DNA of 32,000 nucleotides from Telmatocola sphagniphila. Its GTDB lineage: Bacteria > Planctomycetota > Planctomycetia > Gemmatales > Gemmataceae. The notes under the pieces are model-generated. The model had not been told where the DNA came from, made no database searches, and saw only the letters and a program-made list of their open reading frames with translations. This document shows positions 9,104 through 17,009 of this stretch, one piece after another. Numbering within the stretch: position 1 is the first letter of the stretch; the number at the start of each line of letters is the position of its first letter. The stretch is from assembly GCF_018398935.1 (NCBI RefSeq), contig NZ_CP074694.1:2040001-2072000 (forward strand). The letters run 5' to 3'. The translations under genes were made by a program, and so were the position numbers.

Positions 9104-10527
9104 GGCTCTTCCGTTTTTAGGCGCAACTCTCGGCGAATCAGTCATTTTGGGATAGATTGCAACTTAGAGTAACCATTTCCTGGTTCACGGAAGAGCCGAT
9201 GACGACGACTACCATTGCCATAGACATGGACGTCCCCGCCGGAGTGAGCGTTGGCGAATATGAACGCGTCGACGGGGGCCACGCCTTTCACGTGAGTTGG
9301 GAGTTGCCCGACAATCTTTGTTGCGAGACTTGCCGGCGTGAGTCTCCGCTTCAATTGGTGGAGAAGAACAAGTTTCTGAGCATCCGCGATCTGGATTTGT
9401 GGGGTAAGCCGAGCTTTTTCGTGTACCAGGAGGTGTATCACCGCTGCCCGTCGTGCGGTCACCGTCAATCGCTGTTGCCGCCGTTCAAGCGTCGGGATGT
9501 GAAATATACGTTCCGCTTCGAGGAGCAGGTGCTGGTCAGTCTGATCGGGAGCACAGCCGAAGACGTGGCAGTGCGTTTGGGGATTGCCGCGGAGACGGTG
9601 GAGCGAATCGTCAAGAACCGGATAGAGGACGCCAAGGCGAAGCAGATCGATCCCCAGCGGAAGATCAAGCGTTTGGGTCTGGATGAGATCAGCCTGCGTA
9701 AGGGGCATAAGGGATATGCGACAATATTGACGGACCTGACGAATGGGGAGCGTCCGGAGATTCTGGCTCTGTCCAAGGGTCGCGACGAAGCAGCGGGGCG
9801 AGCGTGTTTGGAGCGTTTGTCGGCCCAGCAACGGTCGGCGGTGCGTTGGCATCATACGGACATGAGCGCGGCGTATTTGAAGGCTTGCGGCGTGCATTTA
9901 CCCAACAGCCAGTCGGTGATAGATCGCTTTCACGTCGCCAAGAAATTGGGTGAGGTGGCGGACGATCTGCGAAAAAAAACTATCGAGCCTACAAGCGAAG
10001 TTTGAGCGGGGAAGCCCGCAAGAAGCTGCGTTCTCAGATGCACGACTTCCGGCGTCGTCCCGAGGATTTGAAACCGGAGCAGGTCCAGGCCCTCGAGGAT
10101 TTGTTCGAGAAGGTGCCTTCGTTGGGAACGATCTACCATCTGCGTTGGGAGGCGACCAAAATCTTCGATAGTGCCCCCAACCGAGCCGAAGCCTCGCGAC
10201 TGTTGGAAGATTGGATCGTCCAGGCCCGCGAGACCGAGATGGATTGGGAGCCGTTCATCACGATGCTCAAGAATAACTGGGAGGGGATCTTAGCCTACTT
10301 CGAGGAACGCAAAAGCAGCGGCCCGGTGGAGGGTCTGAATACCAAGATTCGGGTAGTGCTACGCCGAAGTTATGGAATTCAGAGTCTAACTACGCTCTGG
10401 ACGAGAATACTCCTGGACGTGAATTGGGCCGCGAAAAAATTAGGGCCGACCATTGCGGAGATTCGCGGCTTCGTCAACCAGATCCAGAAGCATTTCTCTG
10501 GATGCTACACCTAGAAACGGAAGAGCC
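9104..10527 (+). mobile_element. ISL3-family insertion sequence (1424 bp)
   Basis: Terminal inverted repeats GGCTCTTCCGTTTTTAGGCGCAAC (9104-) and the reverse complement of the right end, GGCTCTTCCGTTTCTAGGTGTAGC (-10527). The GGCTCTT start is typical of ISL3. The flanks CAAAAATC and AAATACAC are not a clean 8-bp duplication. Confidence 0.85.
9199..10514 (+). CDS. ISL3-family transposase, split into two frames at an A8 run
   Basis: zf-ISL3-like CCETC...CPSCGH, an HTH region, then LGLDEISLRKGHKGYATILTDL...DMSAAYLKA...VIDRFHV, then (ORF 10002..10514) ...SSGPVEGLNTKIRVVLRRSYGIQSL. The frame changes by -1 within cgaaaaaaaac (9972-9979). ATG at 9199 is preceded by GGAAGAG. Confidence 0.85.
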
Positions 10528-10769
10528 AAATACACTTGATTTGACGGGACCCCTAATCATTGTTGGTGTCGCTAATCTCATCGGCAAGGTGCAGTCACTC
10601 AAACTCATTCGGCATGTCGCTACCGACGCGCGCAAAAAACTATTGCTTGAATCGGCAGAAACTTCAGCGCCGAACCGTCCTGGTCAAAAACCATGTGCAA
10701 CTGTTGGAGTTGATTTTTCATAGGTAAAATTCCGCTCAAGTTCGATGGGCATTGTCCCAAAATTGGGGT

Positions 10770-11039
10770 TTAATCCCAGTCGACCGATACGATTGTTGGA
10801 TTTTTGTGATTCGGCGCGCGGAGTCGCCAGGGGAACTCGGACGATTTTGACTCTACGCCGCTCGGCGATAACTTTTCAGAAGTCCGCCGAGGCGTTCTTG
10901 GCAAGCGATCTTTGACAAATCGATCTTGGAAGGATCCACCAGCGGAATCGTACCGTTCAAGGGAACGTTGCCCCGACAACCAGTAGGCCAAGCTCGGTCC
11001 GGCGATGCGGGCGCCAGAGATCAGCACGGTGTTCTCCAT
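10770..11039 (-). pseudogene. FAD-binding monooxygenase-like N-terminal remnant
   Basis: The first ~22 aa (MENTVLISGARIAGPSLAYWLS) look like a Rossmann GxGxxG-type FAD-binding start with the third glycine replaced (GARIAG). The rest is low-complexity and does not continue the family pattern. Confidence 0.3.
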
Positions 11040-11234
11040 CTCGTTCCTTAATTGAGAAAAATACTATTTGAGGCGACACAAGCGATAGTGTAGCGATTGG
11101 AAAAGAGATATATCAGATCGCGTAGTTCGACAACTGTCAAAGTCGGCGTGGAGGAAGCATCGATAGGACCGCGAGCCAACTAAGAATTCTTATGAATCGG
11201 GCTGCAGTGTTTTATTGCCCGTGCGACACTCGGA

Positions 11235-11253
11235 ATTAAAACGCGATTACCCT
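11235..11253. repeat. solo ISAs1-like terminal-repeat remnant
   Basis: TTAAAACGCGATTACCCTG matches the IS end TTTAAGCGCGATTTCCCTG at 16/19 positions. There is no transposase body next to it. Confidence 0.25.
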
Positions 11254-12223
11254 GCCCCACCTATCGGGGAGCATCTCAATGGTAATCATTCAGGATAAAA
11301 AGCGTGTTTCAAATTGCAATCTCTTTAATGTATTTTACAAATCCACTGCGGCTAATCGCACAAAATATATTTAATAAAAACAATATACAATATCTAATTT
11401 TTATTCCATAAATGGTCTTTGCAAATCCAATATTTTCGAATTAATATATTTGAATGCTCGAATTATTTATTGATATGACCAAAATATTTTAAGAGCATCT
11501 GATTACCGATACACTCTGAACTGTTTGAAATTTCAACCCATCGAACCGCAAACCGGCTCCCGACCCGCCAAAAAATATCCCGATTCTTTGCCTCCCTGCG
11601 GATAGGAACTCGAGAGTAGCCCATTTCTCGATGGCCTGAGGTGAGCTTGTCCCACCTTAACGGCTCGAGTCTGCAGAGAGTAGCGGAAAAAAAAATTGGA
11701 ATCGTTCTCACTTTCCGTTTTGGCGACGGCGAACTCATTGGCACTGGGGCCGGTAGCCAACAGCCCATTTGCCAAGTCCCTGAAGTGGTTTCGAACAAAA
11801 ACCGAAAAACGATGCAAGAGGCTTTTTGATGGCGTCAGTTCCGTACCTTGCCGGCCTTCTTTTTAAATTTTTCCTCATTCGGAGCCAAAAAATCCGATGG
11901 ACACATGTTAATCCCGGTCGCTCCCCCCTATCCGTACAATAAGACAGCCGACTAACTTGATACTCAATGATGCCGACAGCGAAAAAGTGGATTTTGAACT
12001 TCCGGAAGGGCCACTTTGGGGTTGGGCATTCGACTTGGAGTCTCCCCTATTCATGGAAGCTGTTTTCGAAGCCCACCGCAGAGGCTCCCGATCACGGGGA
12101 AGAGAGATGCCCCAGTTGTATTATCGCTAATACACTTCTTATTTTCATCCGTGAGATTTCCCGGAACACTTCCACTTATTGTAGGAGTTTCGGAAAGCCT
12201 TCTGTGGTCCTTCTCGCGTCCAG

Positions 12224-12411
12224 GCCACCGGCGGCTCCAAGTTCTCGATCCTGCTCACCAAGTTCACCGTCCCCGAAGAGGTCTTTGGGCCGATCTCGAT
12301 TCAGGGACTGAAGGAAGACCGCTTCCAGAGAATCACCAACGGCAAACTCCCCGAAGCCGATTTCGCTTTCGTCGATGAAGTTTTCAAAGCTTCCTCGGCG
12401 ATCTTGAATAC
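12224..12411 (+). pseudogene. fragment (left part) of a paralog of the RavA/MoxR-like AAA+ ATPase gene at 25740..26870
   Basis: Translates [63 protein letters not shown]. The intact gene differs at 3 aa (TS for NG, I for V). Similarity starts abruptly near 12224 and is cut by IS66 at 12412. Confidence 0.85.
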
Positions 12412-13874
12412 GTAATAACTCACGCCCTGGCCAAGAGAGAAGGGGCTTTCTCTTGGGCAAAGTGAGCCTGTACCGCTTGAGTCATCCAGGCGAATGAGTT
12501 CCGTTTCTGCTGACGACAAGTTTCGATCGCGGTCAGCATTCGTTCAACGAACCGACTCCCCTGGGCCGATTGGGTTCCAAAGCATAACTTCCGCCAAATG
12601 ACCGCGGGCCGCAAAGCCCGCTCGGCGGCATTATTGGTGGGCTCTACTCCTTCGACATCGACGAACGTCCAAAGCCGAGCCCGGTATTTCCAGAGTTCGG
12701 AGCAAAAGCCACGCAGCTTCGGATCGAATTTTCCTCGCAAGAGCAAGGCTTCGACTTCGCTTCGTATGGGGATCATTTGTTCGCCGAACGCTTTATGGCT
12801 GAGGGTTCCGTCCCGAACGCGATTCCAGAGTTCGAACATCGCCCGAGTCTGTCGTTGCAAGTCGTGTCCTAAGCGTCGAGCGACCGGACAGGGGCGATCG
12901 ATGAGGCTTTGGAAGTCGCGGAGCAAATGAGCCCAGCACCACTGCAAGCGTCCGAAAGCCCAATACATCTTGGCCCGGTCGCAGCCTAGAACGCCGGTAA
13001 ATGAATCGCCCAGGAATTCGAGGACCACCTGGGCTTTGCGGCTGGTGCGGAGAGCGAAGACGCTGAAAGTCGCGGCTACAAAAGTCCAGGTCCAGGCTTT
13101 GGCGAGCCCTTCTTTGGTGGGCGATTCGTCGCCGTTGAGGACCGCTTCCCCAGGCAAGGCTAAGGCCAACTCCTGGTAGGGGGCTTGCAAGGCTTCGGCG
13201 GCTCGGTTCTGCAGTTTGATCATCCAGGAAGCCGAAGCCTCCTGACCCAGGATTTGTTCCAGAAACAGGCGCAGCGTCGTTTGGAGAGCCGGAAGCAGAC
13301 CATCAACAAAGCGGACAAAGCAACCAATCGAGGCCCGGCCATTCCGACAGGCACGCCTGGGGGTAATTCTCCGCAGGTGGTCTTGCCGCACGAACAGCGC
13401 AGACGATGGAGTTGATATTCCGTAATCGAAGGCTTGATTTCGGGAATCTCCCAGACCTGATGACGCAAAGGCTGGGGATCTGTTCCGTTCAAAGGTTCGC
13501 CACAACGGCGGCATTCGGCCGGTAAACAAACAATGACGCCGTCGCACTCGTGTGCGGAAACCAAAGAGCGTTCGTGTTTGGGATGCCCCGGTTGGCCGCC
13601 CGACTTCCGTTTGGCCTTCTTTTGGGCTTGCTTCGAAAGCTTGGCGTGGGGATGTTGCGTTGAAGGCGGCTTCGAAGAGTTGCTGGAATCCTTGCCGAGC
13701 TTCGCTTCCAGTTCGGCGATGCGGTTCAAAAGAATCCGCAGCACAGCCTGAACTTCCGGCGTTTGGCGAACAAGCCATTCTTCGCTGACAGACTCCATGC
13801 CCCGAGTATGAGATAATTAATTCCCCAGCGCAAGAGCAATTCCCGATAATCTCAGGACGAGGTGTGAGCGGTTA
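12412..13874 (-). mobile_element. IS66-family insertion sequence, single-ORF type (1463 bp), with 8-bp target-site duplication
   Basis: Ends GTAATAACTCACGCC... and (reverse complement) GTAACCGCTCACACC...; the GTAA start is typical of IS66. Perfect direct repeat TTGAATAC at 12404-12411 and 13875-13882, which is the ATPase codon context ..ILNT.. Confidence 0.9.
12420..13798 (-). CDS. IS66-family transposase, split into two frames (-1 offset)
   Basis: N-terminal ORF 13220..13798: leucine-zipper-like start, SSNSSKPPS, GGQPGHPKH, zinc-finger CRRCGEPL...CSCG, GPRLVALSALL. DDE part lies in the C-terminal portion of ORF 12420..13778: LNGDESPTKEG..WTWTF...LGCDRAKMY...WCWAHLLRDF...EPTNNAAERALRP. Junction is at RLSK / TTLRLFLEQILG (TTT run 13280-13282 on the + strand). 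Confidence 0.85.
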
Positions 13875-14142
13875 CTTGAATACTCTTCTGAAGATTCTCA
13901 ATGAACGGACCTTCGATGCCGGCGAAGGTTCCTTGCGCAAAGTCCCCTTGAAGCTCTGCGTGGCAGCCTCCAACGAATGGCCGGCCCCGGAGAGTGCCCA
14001 GGAACTGGCGGCCCTGTTCGATCGTTTCACTCTGCGCAAGAGTCTCTCCCCGATTCGCTCGCAGGCGGGTCGAAAGAGGCTGCTCTGGAATCGGGATCAT
14101 ACTCCCAAGGTCTCGGTACACCTGAAGCCGAGCGATCTGGAA
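13875..14142 (+). pseudogene. fragment (right part) of the AAA+ ATPase paralog
   Basis: Translates NTLLKILNERTFDAGEGSLRKVPLKLCVAASNEWPAPESAQELAALFDRFTLRKSLSPIRSQAGRKRLLWNRDHTPKVSVHLKPSDLE. It differs at 2 aa from the intact gene. Similarity ends at about 14142, where an IS66-like fragment begins. Confidence 0.85.
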
Positions 14143-14527
14143 TCCGAACAAACGGCCGGCTTACAGTCCACCGTCTGGCTCGGCGGCAAAATCGCCCGTT
14201 GCTTCTTGGCGTGCCCCGATTGGCCACCCCGATTCTTCTTCGATTTCTTCCGGGGTGGGGCTCGCTTCACTTCGGGACCGTCCGACGATGGGGGCTTCGA
14301 CGAATTGGAGGAATTCTGGTTCAGGCGTTCCTCGAGAGTTGCGATGCGTTGCTCGTACTGAGCTAAAATTTGACCGAATTCCGCGAAACGTTTAGCAATC
14401 CAAGCTTCCAAATCGGGAAGAACATCCTCGGGGATGCGACTGCGAAGTTCCGGTGGCAAGATTCCTTCCTGCTTCATCACAACAGTCTACTCGATCCCTA
14501 AATTTCTGGGAAGGTGTGAACGGATAC
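14143..14527 (-). mobile_element. truncated second IS66-like element (5' end and transposase N-terminus only)
   Basis: ORF 14097..14480 encodes an IS66-type N-terminus (LEERLNQNSSNSSKPPSSD...GGQSGHAKK) that stops making sense at about 14143. The end sequence GTATCCGTTCACACCTTCC (reverse complement of 14509-14527) resembles the other IS66 terminus. Confidence 0.6.
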
Positions 14528-14926
14528 CAGTGTCTCGGCTCTGAATTTTCACGACAGTAGGCGACATGTTCTCCCAAATTCGTCGACCCTCACTCAACGA
14601 ATATCGTCTCTTCTTCGAAAAAGAGTGCGTCCAAGCAATCCGCCAAAATAAAGATCAAAGAAAGGCCGACGAAGTGGAGGACCGCCCAGAAATCTTGAAT
14701 TCTTTGTTGCCGAGATGAAATCATTTCACTCCCACTTTTCCGTTCCGAAGTTCGCCAAGTCGTCGATTCCCATCGAGGAGATTTTTGTGCCGCTACCGAC
14801 AGGTCGTAAATCGCTTTTTCCCATGAATTCTTGGCGGACCGCACCTCGACTAACGCGGGAAGAACCCAATCCTCCCGCCGCGGAAAGGGAACCTGTAAAT
14901 CATCACTCTTAGGGAGATCTTCTTTC

Positions 14927-16093
14927 TCAGGCCTTCGAGGTAGGGATAGCCGGAAAGAGTAATCGAAACGTGCTTCCCTGATTTGGTTCGCTTTTCACCG
15001 AGATCGCCCCTCCCAAACGGTGCATGAAGCCCAGCACGATACTCAGTCCCAGACCCCGGCCGGTCAATTTGGTGGAATAGAACGGCTCAAAAATTCGACC
15101 GATCTCGGCCGCAGAAATGCCCCTCCCGGTATCGATCACCTCCAAGGTCACATACACCTCCTCCGGGAGCGTTCGGCCATGGATAAAACTATCCAAATCC
15201 GCCCGCTTGAATCGTCTCCGACCGCTCAGCAGCAGAATTTTGGATGGCGGACCGTCCTGCGCTTCCACGGCATTGAGAACCAACTGGGTGACTGCCTGCT
15301 TGAAAAGTTCGGGATCGCAGTCGATCCGCGGGAGATCGACGCCGAGCATCAACAGCAGAGTGGCCCGCCCCTCCATCAAAGCCTCCAGGGGGCGGCGCAG
15401 CGATTCCAGGAGCGCATTGATACTATTGGGCGTGGAGCGGTAAAGACTATTCCCCGAGTAAATTAACAGCTTCTGACAGAGATCGGCCGCTTGTTGGGCG
15501 GCCACCTGAATTTGTCCCAGGTACTCCTGGGTCTGGCGGTCTTGCTGCGGAACCATCGCTGCGAGTTCGGCATTTCCCAGGATGGTCGTCAGATAGTTAT
15601 TGAAATTGTGGGCAATGCCGCCGGTCAAGTGGCCTAACGAAGAGCTAAAAAAGGGCGAACTCCCGGAAGTCGCGGGCCAATCAGAGGGGGCGGGAGGGGT
15701 AGCCACGGGAAGGTTTCCTTGTTCGAACCGCGGGGGAATCCCTTGTCCCGAGGATTCCAAGCTCTTTAGGGAGTCCTCCCGAGAGTTCCTTTTCACGATC
15801 GTTACCTTTCGATGCCAATCCTTCGGGATCGAATCAAGACTCTTCCCGCTGCCGTATTCCGTTCCCGCGATGAATGGGAGCCCGGTTATTTCTCCCGAAG
15901 AAAGCCTTGCGATTCCCGGCGTCTTGGGCGAAGTTTGGCCTCTGTAAACCGTTCCCCTCGTGAGTTCACGAAGTTCGCTGTCCCTTCGGGGACACTTGGT
16001 CATCTTCCACTGCGGCCGGGCGATCGAAGCGGCCGCATCCCAAGCTTTTCCCGCGACCGAACTTGCAGGCCCTCTCCTTGACTGGAAGCGCAC
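14927..16093 (-). CDS. histidine kinase (HisKA + HATPase_c) without recognisable sensor or transmembrane region
   Basis: H-box LGHLTGGIAHNFNNYLTTILGNAEL. ATPase boxes LVLNAVEA, VIDTGRGISAAEIGRIFEPFYSTK, GRGLGLSIVLGFMHRLGG. The N-terminal ~150 aa are low-complexity, so the true start may be downstream (for example ATG at 16003). Confidence 0.8.
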   Translation of the reverse strand: MRFQSRRGPASSVAGKAWDAAASIARPQWKMTKCPRRDSELRELTRGTVYRGQTSPKTPGIARLSSGEITGLPFIAGTEYGSGKSLDSIPKDWHRKVTIVKRNSREDSLKSLESSGQGIPPRFEQGNLPVATPPAPSDWPATSGSSPFFSSSLGHLTGGIAHNFNNYLTTILGNAELAAMVPQQDRQTQEYLGQIQVAAQQAADLCQKLLIYSGNSLYRSTPNSINALLESLRRPLEALMEGRATLLLMLGVDLPRIDCDPELFKQAVTQLVLNAVEAQDGPPSKILLLSGRRRFKRADLDSFIHGRTLPEEVYVTLEVIDTGRGISAAEIGRIFEPFYSTKLTGRGLGLSIVLGFMHRLGGAISVKSEPNQGSTFRLLFPAIPTSKA

Positions 16094-16289
16094 CGCCCCG
16101 GAGGAGACCGGCCCGCCCGTCTCTCAACGACTTCAAAAACTCGGGATGGGCGACGACCCAGACGCAAAAATCCGCTCGCGATGACTCGCCGGGGCTCCCG
16201 GAAAATCGGACTCAAGGCGCCGCCCGGAGAACACTTGACGCGCCGCCCTACACTTCGATACGTCGCCGACCCGCCGAACCTAGCAGGGA

Positions 16290-17009
16290 ATGATTTTTTT
16301 TCGAATAGATAAATTTCGAAACCCTGGTTCCGCCGGGCTCGAACCCTCCGAGTCCGCCGTCGGCTCACTTAAAGGGAATAATGGATTGGTCAGGCTCTCC
16401 GACACTCCCACGCCTGTTTCTCTTCTCGGCCAGCTCCATCGCGCCCCATCCGACCCGCAGGCCTGGGAACGGTTTGTGAATCATTATGGACCCAAAATCC
16501 ATGCGTGGTGTCGGTCCTGGAATTTGCAGTACGCCGATGCCCAGGATATCACGCAAATCGTGCTGCTCAAAGTGGCCGCGCAGCTGAAAGAATTCGAATA
16601 TGATCCCCAGCGCAGTTTCCGCAGCTGGCTCAAAACGGTGACCTTTCATTCCTGGCGCGATCAGGCTCGCAAAGAGAACCGCGCTGCCTCCCCGCGATCG
16701 GAGGAAGCCCTGGTATTTCTGGAAGCCACCGAAGCCAAACAATCGCTGGCGCGCACTCTGGAAGAGGCCTTCGATGAAGAGCTGCTCGGTTTAGCGAGCG
16801 CTCGCGTGCGCCTGCGTGTCGCTCCGAAGACCTGGGAAGCCTTTCGACTCAGTTCACTCGAGCAGCTTCCCGGCGCTGTCGTGGCCGAGCGCCTCGGGAT
16901 GAAGGTCGCCATGGTCTATATTGCCCGCAGTCGGGTGCTGAAGCTGCTGCGTTCCGAATTGATCCAACTCGATCCGAGTCTAGGCGAAAACGAGAATCCG
17001 GATTCTTAG
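16290..17009 (+). CDS. ECF-type RNA polymerase sigma factor
   Basis: Region 2-like: PQAWERFVNHYGPKIHAWCRSW..DAQDITQIVLLKVAAQL..SFRSWLKTVTFHSWRDQ. Region 4 HTH: LPGAVVAERLGMKVAMVYIARSRVLKLL. Start is uncertain (ATG 16290 or TTG 16386). The stop TAG is immediately followed by the kinase ATG. Confidence 0.85.
   Translation: MIFFRIDKFRNPGSAGLEPSESAVGSLKGNNGLVRLSDTPTPVSLLGQLHRAPSDPQAWERFVNHYGPKIHAWCRSWNLQYADAQDITQIVLLKVAAQLKEFEYDPQRSFRSWLKTVTFHSWRDQARKENRAASPRSEEALVFLEATEAKQSLARTLEEAFDEELLGLASARVRLRVAPKTWEAFRLSSLEQLPGAVVAERLGMKVAMVYIARSRVLKLLRSELIQLDPSLGENENPDS

Noticed and set aside
10528-10723. Tail of ORF 10424..10723 as the genuine C-terminus of the IS-interrupted secreted-protein gene
   Set aside because: No clean ISL3 target duplication could be found to fix the frame. 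The direct join gives only ..KGWHKNQIHLI*, so the assignment cannot be supported from sequence alone.
11463-12224. Short ORFs (11463..11798 -, 11533..11817 -, 11641..11829 +, 11967..12311 +, 12016..12378 +)
   Set aside because: They overlap one another in several frames and have no motifs. 11967..12311 and 12016..12378 read through the ATPase-paralog remnant out of frame.
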